In this document: positions 42,001 through 55,300 of the stretch, piece by piece | Position numbering within the stretch: the stretch's first letter is position 1 | Layout: each line of letters starts with the position of its first letter | DNA from: Tubiluchus corallicola | Taxonomy: Eukaryota; Animalia; Priapulida | Reading direction: 5' to 3' | Assembly: GCA_030141605.1 (NCBI GenBank) | Contig: JAQGDQ010000008.1 | Coordinates: forward strand, 1,054,001-1,118,000 | DNA: 64,000 bases | Notes under the pieces: model-generated | Seen by the model: only the letters and a program-made list of their open reading frames with translations | Told to the model about the DNA's origin: nothing | The model's database searches: none | Translations under genes and position numbers: made by a program

Positions 42001-43951
42001 CTCATGATTACGTAGACGTTTGGTAAAAAAAAATCTATCTGCAACAAATTCTTTGACTCATGTTGTCTCACAAATTTTTCCCACATACTGCAAGTTTTGT
42101 ATGAAACAAACTGTGTCGTGGGTAACCTCAGTCAACAATTATTATCGGATAATACATGCCAAAACAACTGCTTTTTATTGGCTTGATCTGGCTTTGCCTG
42201 GATAGACTTTTGTGCCGAGGCAGACGAGAGGAGGATGAATTTGTCTGAGACAGAATTTGTGTGCTACAAACTTGATGACCAGATATTCTTCTGGTAAAAA
42301 TCTAAAACAGTTGTGTACTAAAGTAAGTTCTGAACTGGACAAATTAAGCTATTGGTTCGCAAAAAAACAAACTGTCGTTAAATTTAAGAAATACAAAATT
42401 CAAGGTATGAAAAAAGGTATGGTATGGAATTTATGGAAAAGTAATGAAACGGATGTTAGTATTAATATTAATGGAATGACTATTGAAAGAGTATATGTTA
42501 CTAAAGTTCTTGGAGTGAAAATTGACCACAAGCTGACATGGAGAGAGCACATAAAAATTGTTAAATCGAAATTGTCTAAAAGCATAGCAATACTTTGTAG
42601 AGTTAAACATATTTTAAAGCAAGAATCATTGTATACTCTTTATTCTTCATTAGTTATGCCATATCTGTATTATTGTTCTGAAATATGGGGTACTACATAC
42701 ATTACAAATGTAAAACCAGTATACATATTACAAAAGAAAGCTATAAGAATTGTCAGCAAAGTTGGTTATTGTGACCACACTAATCCTTTGTTTTGTAAAC
42801 TGAAAGCTCTAAAGCTAAAAGATTTGTAAAATCTCAATACTGCATTGCTAATGTACAAAGCTGAAAAAATGAGTTGCCAGAAAATGTGCAAAAATTGTTT
42901 ACAAAAGTGAATCATGCGAACGTTGTAACACGCCAGAACAATTACTTTAAAATACTCCTAGTGAGAACAAGAAAGAAATCAATGTGTATATCAGTTTTTG
43001 GTGCTAAGCTATGGAATGACCTAGATAAAGAAATCAAAGAAAGTAAGACTATCAGTGTTTTAAAAAAAGGTTTAGATTGGCAGCTGCTAAAAGTTATGAG
43101 CGTATTAGTGAACAATTTTAAAAAGTGCTGTGATAATGTAATTTTAGATGTAGTTTTATTATACGATGTAATTTGTGATTTTAGATGCAAAAACAATTTC
43201 AGAAGTAAAATCTAAAAGGGGAAGGAAAATTTAAGTTTTAACTTCATCCTTTCCTTTTCTTGAGTGCCATTTATTGTAGTTTTATTGTTTTATATGTATG
43301 TATAATGTATTTTATATTAATGTGTGCAAATTTTATGTGTAACATGTAATAGTTTTTTAACTCATTGAATAAATAAATAATTAATTAATTTCCTCTTAAA
43401 ACATTGTTTATGGAGCCCACACATGAGCAAAAATCTGTCTCAGACAAGTTACAGACAGGTTTTGCATCATGTGTATCCCGTAATAGTGAAGTCATAGCGC
43501 ATGACATTCTATGCTGTAACATAGATATAGGGAATTTTTTTTATTAGATTAGGTTTCATAAAAATATCCTTTATTGAGGAATATTTGTGTCAGTGTTATT
43601 GTTCTTGCTGTTAAACATTTATTGACTTTCAAGCCATTCCTTAACTTGTCTTAACTTCTCTTTCCCAATTCTTGACATCTTGTCTGAGTTCACCAAAACT
43701 TCTAATGCATGTTTCTGTGTTGAGTGCTAATCATTTCATTTGCTCAAAATCTAAAACAGTAATTTCACTTTTAGTCCAAGCAATTTCGTAAATGTAACGT
43801 ACTGAGCAATGGAGTTAATATGTTAATAAATAGATTGTTGTGCATATTCTAAAAACGGAAAGACCATAGATTAACTTTTTTATTTTTTTCTAGGTGCATA
43901 TCTGAGTGGTTTAAAGTTAAGCAGTCGTGTCCTGAACACCCGTCAGACTAG
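27047..43951 (+). CDS. ZNRF: E3 ubiquitin ligase ZNRF1/2 orthologue, 4 coding exons, 228 aa
   Basis: Exons 27047-27473, 36987-37082, 38189-38294 and 43894-43951 total 687 nt. They encode an N-myristoylation start MGAKPS, zinc finger GIKCPICSK..VECHLVMCLTKPR, and RING-H2 GECAICLDEMVQGDTIARLPCLCIYHKMCISEWFKVKQSCPEHPSD*. Confidence 0.95.
28041..28185 (+). repeat. Dispersed repeat, second copy of the element at ~14667-15365, without the MITE
   Basis: ggcatccag..actttttaattc.tgttaact and ggggtagg..ggtgtggtgaacagtgacctctgtcagagggtcaaggaca both match the sequence around the MITE. Confidence 0.75.
31600..31702. repeat. Compound (GATA)/(GA)/(GAGT) simple repeat
   Basis: Directly visible purine-rich tract. 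Confidence 0.85.
33317..34474 (+). mobile_element. Possible non-autonomous Helitron
   Basis: A|TC start followed by tgtatgt-type repeats, an internal gaaccgattt motif, and a small GC hairpin cgtgttgccgcg followed by CTGG|T. The region is CpG-rich relative to its flanks. The boundaries are inferred. Confidence 0.4.
34985..35475 (-). mobile_element. Possible Helitron-like repeat fragment
   Basis: CpG-rich block with minus-strand actactgaaccatttttgacaaatt, an internal inverted repeat acgggcaaa/tttgcccgt, and a terminal (TA)n. One end is not identifiable. Confidence 0.3.
39820..39886. repeat. Tandem duplication, 2 x 33 bp
   Basis: aatccagcagcacgcggtagcaggacttattta occurs twice. Confidence 0.9.
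40245..40490. mobile_element. Inverted repeat with ~75-bp arms, probably a Penelope-like remnant
   Basis: Arms 40245-40318 and 40414-40490 are reverse complements. Both carry eroded ctgaaNa..gacc..ggtcgaaacgtc-like motifs. Confidence 0.5.
41355..41530 (+). mobile_element. Degenerate tRNA-derived SINE
   Basis: A-box-like tagccgagcagt at 41359 and B-box-like gggttcaata at 41419. I could not fold a cloverleaf. Confidence 0.4.
41952..42062. repeat. Tandem duplication, 2 x ~55 bp
   Basis: gattac.tagacg.ttggtaaaaaaatct.tctgcaacaaattctttgactcatg occurs twice. Confidence 0.85.
42270..43390 (+). mobile_element. 5'-truncated, frameshifted L2-clade LINE
   Basis: KVLGVKIDHKLTWREHI, LYSSLVMPYLYYCSEIWG, HTNPLF and GAKLWNDL. 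It has a 3' stem-loop at ~43215-43258 and an (aata)n tail at ~43368-43385. Confidence 0.9.
43411..43480. repeat. 70-bp palindromic element, possibly a minimal PIF/Harbinger MITE
   Basis: Arms acacatgagcaaaaatctgtct and agacaggttttgcatcatgtgt, flanked by tta and taa. Confidence 0.55.
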
Positions 43952-46900
43952 TTTCAATTCAAATCAAAAAGTGACAGTCGCGAACATTTGCGACCTCAGG
44001 TGTGTTGTCGTTTGTGAAAAGAAATATATTTTCTGCATTTTATTTTGTACGAAAACTAGATTTTGTACAGAATTCCCTTTTTGGGTTCACTACAGCTGCT
44101 GCTGGTCCAGCTACTACTTAAGAGAAAGTACGAGAAATCATGTGAAAACAGTGTACTTTTTAAGTGCAAATATCACAATGTGGAAATAATGAGCTTTTCA
44201 ACTATCGTTGCTCACATGGTGGGAAAACAATATGGAAGTGTAATCAAAACTTGTATATAATAATTATGTGCATCGTGTAAGTGAACTATTGAATGCTGAT
44301 TTTTTTTTAATCGTTTGTAATCGTCACATTCGTTAGCCATTTTCGAGGAATCACACAAATCCTACATTTTTGATTGAGATGCAGATGCCTTTATGACCAT
44401 GTAACTAAATTGGAAATTTATACTAAGACTTACATTGCTATGCAATGCTCTTGAACAAGTTATCTGTCTAATATCTCTTTGCTGTACCTAAGCTACTGGA
44501 CCCAAAATTTCACTTGTGTATTTCAGACTGTCAAGTACTTCAATATACTGTCAAGTACGCCGAACTTGCAAAGGCCTTTGGTGTTGCTTTTAACTTTTTA
44601 ACATACTTGCACCATTAGGTATATATTCCATTTCACATAGTAGTAATTAAAAATAACAGTGTTTTAACATCACAACTGATACGGTCCACTCGGCGCTACT
44701 GGACAGTGAACCTCTCTTTGCACGACTAACTACTTACATCTCTGCATGATTACTTGATCTGCTTTACGCAAAAGTTTTAAAATCCACCACCTAAGATGCA
44801 AGTTTAATTGCACATTATGTTCTCTAGATCTAAGAATGTGTCAAGAGATTTTGTTTTGGTTGTTATTTTGTAAGCTGGTTATTGACATTTTTACTGTAGA
44901 AAACAAAGCCTTTATTGAACATGCTGCAAGACAAGTGAAATTGAAAAATTACTAAAAATAAAGCAAGAGTTGCGTGACTGATTATGTATCCTGCAAGAAA
45001 TAATTGCAGTAAAAACAGTTGTCAATACATAGCTGAAAATATTTATTGCTAGAGAAAAACATTGAGTCATTACTTGACTAACTCAAAGTTGCATTTATTA
45101 TTAAATTAACAGATACAGATTTGTTTTTTAATTTGCAGTCCAAAAACTTAGAAATATAAAACAAACTGAACAAAATGTTAATGGAGATATGATGAAAACA
45201 TTTTGTGGTTGCAGAGCCCTGCTACGTGCTGTTATTGGTGCATTACAGCATGTTTGCATTAAAAACAAAATTGTGTTTCTATTTTTTTCATATTTTATTG
45301 CTTTCTTTCAATGCGCTAATTTATTTTATTCTGCTCAATTTCCTGTGCTGTAAAATCTGCTAGATGAAGCTTTGCCAGTTTGTCAAGTTAATCTACCTTT
45401 CGTCTTGTAAAGCTAACTTGTCATATTTATGCTTTTTAAGAACTTGCTTAGTTTTTTCTCCTTTTTCGGGTGTTAAAAACTTTATTGATTTGCACCATTT
45501 AAAAAGTCATGTTCAATTGTTTTCTAAAAATGTTTCTACAGTGATTTTTAGCGATACCAACAGATAAAAATACCTACAGAGGAAGTTTGTAATGATTGTA
45601 CAGTAGTAGCAAATCGGGGAGAGTTTAATGTTATTATTGCAATTATTGTTTTATAGAAAACAAATAATTGTACAGATATGATACATACATGAGTAATTGT
45701 CAATACATTATCATCTAACCATTCAGAGAAGGCCATGTGCCATAAGGTTTTGAGATTTAATATGATGTAACAGAAATTTGGAGTTCACCAAATGTATATT
45801 AAGCAGATTTGACTGTATTTGGACAATTTTATTGTCAGTCAAGCTGTTGCACCTTAATCAAAAGCTTGTACATGTATTTTACACTGTTGTTTTATTTAAT
45901 GCTTGCAAAACTAGTCCTTTTTCACAAAGATCGTTTTGCAATAATTTATAAATCACGTAATTACTTGTTGTAATATCATAGAAATCCATAGCATTCTATC
46001 CTAGTTAACAGAGCTGATATAAAACAAGACCTTGCTAGCGTCTTTACCCTACAAGAATTTGCCAAGCAAATCCCATTTTTATACTAATTAACTTGGCTAT
46101 GTTTAATGTATTAGAGTCTGCACTTGCAGACTGATGCTAAGTGCGGTGCTACTGCGTTTGAAAATTGCACCAACTGCAGTTACGTTTTTATTAAGTTTTT
46201 TACTCCGAAACTGTAGCAGAGGTTTTTGTGCTTTTGTAAATTTTGCAGAAAATGTGGAAACGAGTTTTAAAGATCGAGGAAGTTTTTACCTTATGACAGC
46301 ACCCCTTCCCGACTAAGCTGCCTGATGTGTCATTACAAATCAGATGTCTGATTTGTCAGCAGTGATAATTGTGCGGTTTTATTATTTGGCATGTCATTCA
46401 TTTAGCGTGTGCACTACATTAGCTCTGCATTAATGTTATAGTCCTTAATGACTATGTAATATTAATGTGATCATTAATGACTATGACGTTAATGTTACTG
46501 TCCTATAATCACATTGTGACTTTTCAGTCACAAGTTCAATAGTTTTTTCTGGTGCCACTGCTTTCTTAAGGCAACACGGTTGTTGCCTTTTCAAGGTGTC
46601 ATGCATTTGATATTTAAAATAAGAAATAAAGTAAAATCAAAGTTTGTAACTGGCTATAAGTTTGTAACAATTTGTAACTGGCTTAGATGAAACTTTTTTT
46701 ACTATATTGTACTAATCATGTATGTAAAAGGTGAGGATGCATGTCACGGTGCTGTTTTCTATCTGTAGCATCTGTAATAGCTGTGAAAATGATTCTGAGG
46801 TTTGCAACATGGGATAACAAAAAAAATCAGCTTATACGAATAGAGAACAATTTTAAGCAGAGTAATAAAATAGTCTTTATTACTATTAGAGGGTTTTATT

Positions 46901-48939
46901 TTTTTAATCTTTTCTGATAAATAATTGTGGTATTTGAGAAATAATACTTTTGCTGTAATGGAACTCACTAGTATGAAAATATTGCTGAACGTAAAAGTTA
47001 CAGTTCGTAGCTAATAATGCTGTAAAAGTTGCAATGTTGTAACAGTTTGTATACCTTGATTGTAAGATTGTACATTACAGTGTATGAAATTATGTGCAAT
47101 GCTGTTTTTCTTGCCCAACGATGTTTTTTTGTTTCAACAGAAAGAGATATTCGGGTGCTAACAAGTAACTAGTAATATTGATTTTTTTTCGAAATATCGC
47201 GTCAAAATGCTTTTAAGAAAATAGTACTTTTGTCAATAAAAAAGTTGAAGCTGAATCGTTGAGTTTCACAGTAATTGGTTCGACAAATAGTAGTGGCTGC
47301 CTAATTATTTTGGATTAGATTATCACTTAATTAAGCCACACGCCATTATTGATTTACGATAGTGCGGTTGTTAGTGGCTTTTGATCTGACAAAATCTATC
47401 AATCCATTCTTTATGGTGTTAGTTCGCAAGTGCACTCTACATGTTTTGTTCTGAAAACGCTGGTTTCTATCTGAAGATCAGACCTACTCAGTATTAGCCA
47501 GCCCCACTACCAGGCCCTACTGATTGTCATGCAAGAGCAAGTAGTTTTGCTTTACATCAACAAGTGGCATTAAACCCGATCTCTCTCTCAGCGATGCCAT
47601 TATTATATTGCCATACCGCAGGTGAAACTCCTAATACAGTACTTACTATTCTATACACTCAAAGTATTCACTCTATAGAAGTGGGTAGGTTTCATTTACC
47701 ATTCGCTTTTCTCCACGTTAATTAATGCTTATTGATTTGCACAGTAACCGCTAGTGGGCACTGATGCATTTTCATTGTAGAATGTAGGATAAATAACTGC
47801 AAGATGATTAGCTGCGAACCGTAGTGAAGAACGTTCAATGGTCAGTAGTAGTGACAAACTTATGATCCGTTACTGTAGTAATTTAAACCAAGAACGTCTT
47901 CAATCCAAAATGAATGCATAGTTTTCTACTTTTATGGTAATTAGTAAGGACTACTACTATAAGTGAGTGTAGTCAATTGTTAACTTGGTAATTATGGGTA
48001 CTAATGCATTAATTATCTGTTATTCAGGTTAAGAATAGGTTAGTATGGTCTTGCCTGTAAGTCATGCAGTTAGACACGAGCGGGGTACATTTTTAATAAT
48101 TAACCTTGACAGACTTGATATTAGACCCGTTTTCGATGTAGTCCAACTGGTAAAAAGAAATTTAGGTAGATTTACTTTGTGCGAATTTATTGAGTTTATA
48201 CGTATATGATAAGTTATCTATTATAAGTATAACACAAGATTTTTATCGTGCATCTTTAATATGTAGAATGTGAACAATTTGCTTTTGCCGTGTAGCAAAT
48301 TTAGCTGATGCTGAGCAACTATTATTTTAATATTTTGATGTAATATTTTATTATATTTGATATATAATAATGATGTAGTATTTTAAGATGAAATGGCTCA
48401 AACAAATGTCAAACTCGTAAAAACTCCAACAAGCTTTTACACTGCATTTTCCTTAGGAAATTATTAGACCGTCCAAATCCCGCACACAGAATTTTGCATA
48501 TAAATCTACAAGAAGTTTTTACACGACCCACACACATCCACATCACGCCAACCCGCAACACCACTCCATACAACAGCGAAGATGTCAAGAACAACGTCAT
48601 GATGACGACGTCGGCAACAACAAAAACATAACGAAACCTAGCAAAACATTTTGGATAAAGTTGAAACAGTGAAATGAGGAGCGCTATTTGTCCATCAATG
48701 ATCAATAGTAGCAAACAATTAATCATTTATAGTCTGTTCACTGCTCCTTAAAAAGATGGCTATAAGCTAGCTGTTAAAAATTAAGTCTAGCAAAGCAGAA
48801 TATGATGGAATGACGTTATAAACAATGGTTTTGCGACAGTATTTTTTCAAGCGGAAATGGAACCCGTCGTAGCTGCTCCTGGTGGAGCACTCACAGGTGA
48901 TCAGAAGCGCCGTTTGTGGTTGCACTGCCTTCTCATAAG

Positions 48940-49790
48940 AGTGCTTAACTTTAACTTGAGTGATGCTAACGAAATTGAAGAAATGACTTGGAAATCTGCA
49001 TCCTCAACGTGCCTTTAGGATCAAATCCCGTCAACTTTTGCTAAAACAATCTATTTTATCTGTTATTTTGCCGTATCTTGTGAATTCTTTCAATACTCCT
49101 ATTATGACTGTTACCGTGCCTGATGCTTTTAAATTTGCTGCTGTTAAACCTTTGATGAAAAAGCACTCACTTGATGCAAATGTCTTGAAAAACTACCGTC
49201 CACTATCTAATTTGCCGTTTGTGTCTACCGAATCATTGCTGCACGTTTGAATAGTCATATAGGGGAAATTTTCTGTGACACCAATTACAATGAACTTACA
49301 GATCTGGTCATAGTACTGAGACTGCTTTACTAAAAAATTTTAACGATATTTTTACAATCACTTGATCTGAAACATGATGAGTGTTTAGAGTTACTACATA
49401 TATCTGTCGCATTCAATTGGCACTATTAATCACACAATTTTACTTAGCAGACTTTACAATAGATGTGGCTTTGAACTAGTTTCGTTCTAAATGACCATTC
49501 TGGAGACCATCTCATTAATACTGGGGTACCTCGTGTCTTTAATGAATCCCATTCTTTTCGGAATTTACGTAGCCCTCTCTTGAGGACGTTGTGTCTAAGT
49601 ATAGTATTTGCTATCATTGTTATACTGATGATACACAATTATGTATATATTTCTTTTTCACCTACTAATGATGCTGCAACATTGCCTCGGCATGAAGCTT
49701 GTATCTCTGAAATATGAGCTTGTATGGGTTGGCACTCGTCGCTATATCTCAGTGATGACAAAACTGAATTTATGCGTTTTGTGTATTGGC
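48940..49790 (+). mobile_element. Highly degenerate L2-type LINE RT fragment
   Basis: [51 protein letters not shown] and YTDDTQL occur in broken frames. Confidence 0.8.
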
Positions 49791-49989
49791 GGATAAATCT
49801 GATATTTTTTAATATATATCGTTTAATTAGTTGCCTCGTGAATTTTCATTGTATGCTTATATTTTATTATTGCAGTCATCCTTAATTGTAGACATGTATT
49901 GTAGCGAATCTGATGACAATAATTATCGATTTCTGTACTTTGCAAATAAATTATCGTTATCGTCGTGATTCCAGTTCCTCGTTTTTACT

Positions 49990-50522
49990 AAGAGCCATAG
50001 AATTTTCTCCAAGACCCCACGAAGCTCTGCTATGACGTTTCAATGTATGCCGTCAAAATTCCGAAAAAATCGGATGGGCGCATCCAGAAATACTCAGTTG
50101 AAGAAAGTCGCGAGCCTTCAGGGCCTTTTTTTAAATTACACGCCATGTACGTTAAATGCTATTTCCAATGATGTGTAGTATCTCCTTTCATAGTCGTCTT
50201 CCTTAGATCTCAATTTTAAATAAGTTTTGTGAAAAAACTTGGCATTTTGGAGGTTTTTTGTCCGTCTCGTGGCGCCTTCCTCCCATATGCCCCAAATCGA
50301 AAACTGAACCCACTGCATCAATTCATTTGATGCAATTTGTCGCAACTCATTCAATAGTCGCCGAGAAAATCGCGTGCTTCGTACACATGTATAAACCTTG
50401 GGAATTATTTTAGTTGGGCGTGTACTGAAACGCCTTAAAAGTATAAAGAACAAACACACGCAGGAACAGAATACGCATATAAAAAGTTATCATTAAGGTA
50501 TAAAAATATTGGTATAAGTGAT
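49990..50522 (-). mobile_element. Possible Helitron-like repeat fragment
   Basis: CpG-rich block. The minus strand begins A|TCacttatacc with tgtgtttgtt repeats and ccgatttt motifs. There is no clear CTRR end. Confidence 0.3.
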
Positions 50523-51187
50523 TACTTCTATAAATCAAAGAAAACGTAGGGAGTTCAATGGCTATGATTCAAGTGTATTTTCTGTCGCTAGTTGGCGCCA
50601 CTGCCTACGTTTTACATAGAACCTTCAATGATAAAAGTTTTTGTCAACTATAGAAAGTGCAACAATGTCCAGTTTAAAGTTGCAATAGTACAACAATGCA
50701 ATAACGTTAAAAATATGAATGAGGTAAGCACTCAAGCATGCCAACTGAAATTAAGCACGCTGAACCTGATCAGCAAATGGATTGATGACCACCTGAAAAT
50801 ATACTTCTGCACACCATCACCAAATATTTTTGTCATTTAGGAAAGACATATTAGCATTCAAACATGACTAAGACGTCTCCCCCGCTTCAGTACATAAGAT
50901 CATAGGTTTCGCTCTTGTCACTATCACAATCAGCTGTAAGATATGCCTGCTTGCAAATTGCTTGGACTGTATGCTAAATTATGTACTACAAGCTTATTCT
51001 GTTAGCTTTTTGCTCTACTATTTCTTATCAAAATGCGTGGAAAGCTATTTGCAGACACTGATGAGGTCCTACGATGCGGGAGTGTTTCTTGCCTCCAGGG
51101 CTTGTGTGAATGTTCGGTTTCAATGTCTATACTTTGTTGCAACTCACAGGAACTTGCATGTTGATAAAACTTAATAACAATTAGGCA

Positions 51188-52242
51188 TTACAAACGCTCA
51201 CATTCCATTAAATTTGTGCTGATTGCCATGTCAGACATTTTGCTTGCTAAATAATTCTTGAATTGCGGGGTCAGTGTGTCAAAACATACTTCATCATCAA
51301 TATCTTTCTCTGCTGTACTAACGTCTGACGTTTCTGTCCAATCGCCATTGCAATTTTGATCTTGTGATGTCCAAATAGGATCGTTTATGACTGCCCAATC
51401 ATCTTTGTCACGTGATATGGAGTCGCTCGCCCAAGAACTTTCCGAATCTTCGTCTATTAACATAAAAAATCAGGTAAAATTTTGCTTAAAGCAATGTCAC
51501 AAATTATTTTTCACATTCTAAAGATTCTGAAGGTGGCAGCGCATGCTGAGAAGAAGTTAGTTAAGAATTGTGTAGTTCATTTCTAGTTTTATTATGAAAG
51601 CTATCGCATTCAATAGCTTGACAGACGTCACACTTCTTTAATACTAAAGTTTAACTTCTAGAATTAGAAAGATGAAACTTATCGTAAGTGACGCTACTTG
51701 CAACATTTTTTACAGAAGGACCTTCCTGAAATCAAAGCACTGCATGAAAACGAGAAAAACGTTTACCTGTTCCTGAAGGAGAGACATCTGTTGATCTGCA
51801 ATACTTATTGCTGTGAATAAGTTTATCCTGCAATACATAGTTTAAAATTTATGACATGTCCTTAAAGTCACAGGCTCCCATAAGTAACCGTTTATGTGGG
51901 GCGATGAAAACGTACTAATTATGAAAGTGATCTTTTATAATTATGAATTCTCAATATTGTGGCACATTTTGTTTCATCAGTGAAGCAGAAAAATAAGAGC
52001 AGGTCCATATCAGAACACGTGAATTAAACATGTAATGAAACAAAGTTAATTAATTTAAAAATTAACCCACTCACCAGTCTTTCTTTGCCGTCTTTGAAGA
52101 GCAGCGCTTTATGTTGGTCAGCGATATTTACAGCTGCACTGTGAAGTTTTGAGTAAATTTCCTTTCCTTGCTTTGTGTTGAACATGAAGATTCCTTCTCC
52201 AGTTTCACACCATCTGCAACAAATAATAAAAGCAGATGTACT

Positions 52243-52300
<58 letters not shown>

Positions 52301-55300
52301 TACTTTGGTGTTATTTACAGGAAAAGCATTTACAATCTGAATACTAGAATTTCAAACAGTGAAAACTTGTAGAACGATATTCGGTAGTGATATTTTATTT
52401 ACTTCCAGTGTAAGAAAGATTTGGAGAAGGATATTGTATGCTTAATTTTTACATTGTTGGTATTCATTGATATAACGATTGAAGCCAATGCGAAATGTTA
52501 TTATTATTATTTTTTTGTAATGTTGTTTACTTTGTGTGCTTGTGTATTTATTTACTTGTATTTTCGTTGTACATATTTTTAATGTTGTACTAATATGATA
52601 TGAACGAAAGTTTGAAATAAAGAAGTAAATCAAATCAAATCTCTCTGTTTCTCTCTTTCTTTCCCATTCTCCATTCTCCCTTCTATTCTCTCTATTTCTA
52701 ACTCTTCCTCTCTTTCTTTACTTCTCTTCTCTCATTTTCGTTTTTATTTTTTGCTCTTCCACGCTCTTGCATTCATTCTGTTATTTGATGCTTACAGTTG
52801 TAAACAACTATTGTTTGTAAACTTCAGAAAAGGTTGAAGTTAGTTACATAACGTAGAATACATACCTTCCAGCCTCGAAACTGAATTTAATACAATCCCA
52901 TCCATATCGTTTCAAAGCTATTATAGGCCACGTGACTAGTTTTAGTCGGGGACTGTCCCTGTCCCATAAATAAAGCTTTTCCTGGGTGACTTGCATCATA
53001 CATTCGCCATACCAATCAAGATTGCAAGTTGGCAATAAATACACATGAAATTTGTCTGAAATAAAGTATACTAAAAATTTATTAAACTGCTGTTTTATCA
53101 TTCTCATTCGTATTTTGAACTCTGCGCTACGCATGTGTTAAAAATGTGTTAAAACTAAAGCGTAATTACATTCAATGTGGACCTACAGGTAGTAAAATAG
53201 TTCACTTACGGCCTCTGCCTTTTGTTTATACGTGTTTATAGGCTAAAATGTGTAATATACCCAATTAACAGTAGTTATGATAGTTAACTAGATATTCACT
53301 CACATTTCTTGATTTTAATTTCCAGATATTTACATTAAATTTTCATTACGAGCACAATTGTCAAGTATTGCCAAATTAATTTGCAAATAATATGGCAAAC
53401 TATAAAAGGAATTTTGTCTAGCTAATAAACCTTTGTTGACTTAATCTGCCTTTTTTTTTGTTGGTGTGCATTCTATTTATATATTTTTGTAATGGTAGTT
53501 CAATAACATTATTAATATTATCAACAACATGGCATTTATTTAAAATGGGTTTACTATCTTTTTTAAGATTTAAAGAAGACAAGCGAGGCTTTACGCACAG
53601 CGCAAATAAGTAGTGACATCATGTATCAACATTCTGCGAAATCAGAATTCATCTGAAACATACATCAGAATTGTTCTTAGCTTGATAATTAATTAAAAAT
53701 TATTATGCCGAAAATGTTAATGCGTAATAGATGTCGTAATAGGGGTGACATGTTCAGCTCATCGCATGCGACTTATCACTGAAATTGAGAATAAAAAACT
53801 GGAGTCAACGACTAAAGTGCTGCAGTGTTATTGTCAGTGATGCTACAGGCCAGAGCCTGGCAGCCTGAACTTGTTTCTCTACGCAGTTTCACTATGTGTA
53901 CTATAAACCAGAAACAAAAACCATTCAGCGACAGGGCTTGCTATTTATATTGAGAAGTTGTGGTGAAACTGGAACCTAGCTAATTATCAAGGATAAAATG
54001 AGGTAGCTTAGTAGCTTATGTATACGTATTATGTATATATATATATACCAGCAGAAGCAGCTTAGCTTGTGTATACGTGTTGCCAGTCTGGTTAGGTCTT
54101 ATTTGGGGTCAACATCTGCACTCCCTTGCTAATGCTATATTAAGCCACTTTTACCACTGGTCCTAACTATGGTGGAAGATGGCTGCTTTTAGGATCTATT
54201 ACCACTGGTTCCTAAATGTCAACATTTTGTTCGTAGCACTATTTTTTCTGCTGTCTAGGGACTCTGGACATTCCTAGTTATGGACCAGCTGTTTATAAAT
54301 CTCATTTTTTTCCTCGGGCATCTTATCAATGGGATTCCTTACCGGGAATTTGTGTAACCCAAAACTTCAACTACACTGATTCAAGAGAAACATCAACAGA
54401 TACCTTCTATCACAAAAAAAATTATGAACTTTATTTCCCACTATATGTGTTCATATAATCACAACCCTTTAGTTTATATTGAGGGTGGTTGCGGGCGATT
54501 TGTATAAAAAATACGTTCTTCATCAACAACTTCATAAGTTTTTATAAGTTACCTAGTAAAGGTTTTTCAGGTACGGAGGAAGACGTCAACCATTCAATCT
54601 CCAGTGTATTTAACCAATCATTAGTTTCGGATTCTATAAGAAAAAGAATAAGAATACGCCTCTATATCATTTATACGTATATAGTAGAGTTACACGAAAG
54701 CTAAAAAAGAAAAGTTTTAATTCATAGTACTTGTACTAGTATAGTAGGCATTCGCTAATTATTATTCAGAATATTTATTACTTTCAGCACTTTATTAGTA
54801 AATTAAACTACAATTGCTCTGATTTATCTATTTTGACGTCAGTTAATCATTTTTGCAATAATTATTAAAAACTTATAATGACATTACAATATTGACTGAT
54901 TGATGGGACTGCAAAGTGAATTTTGTATTTTATAATCGTCCTTCTACACTGTTTATTAGTAAACGGTGACATAACGATAGCTATGCGTTCACATAACGCC
55001 ATTCTGCGCACTTACGGCAACGGCAAAGACACTTTCACATTCCGTTTAGGTAGAGATATAGTTGCAGTATAATACGAAGCTTGTTTATTATTGACTATTT
55101 TGGATGCAGTATGAAAACATTTTAATGTATTTACCATTGCCGCTGCAATATAAATGTGAACATAGATTTGACGTCTCATACCATTTTCGCAAGAGAAGCA
55201 CTTTGTTTCTCCACTGTGAAACTGAATGGCTATTCCTGACTTTTTGTGCTCGCTTGCTAATTTGTCAATACGGCTTACGTTGCCGTCGATATATATCTCT

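Noticed and set aside
46446-46475. SECIS-like ATGA...TGAT in the ZNRF 3' region
   Set aside because: The spacing is only ~17 nt, too short for helix II plus the apical loop, and ZNRF has no in-frame UGA.
51058-51095. CTGATGAG hammerhead start
   Set aside because: There is no closing stem II followed by GAAA.
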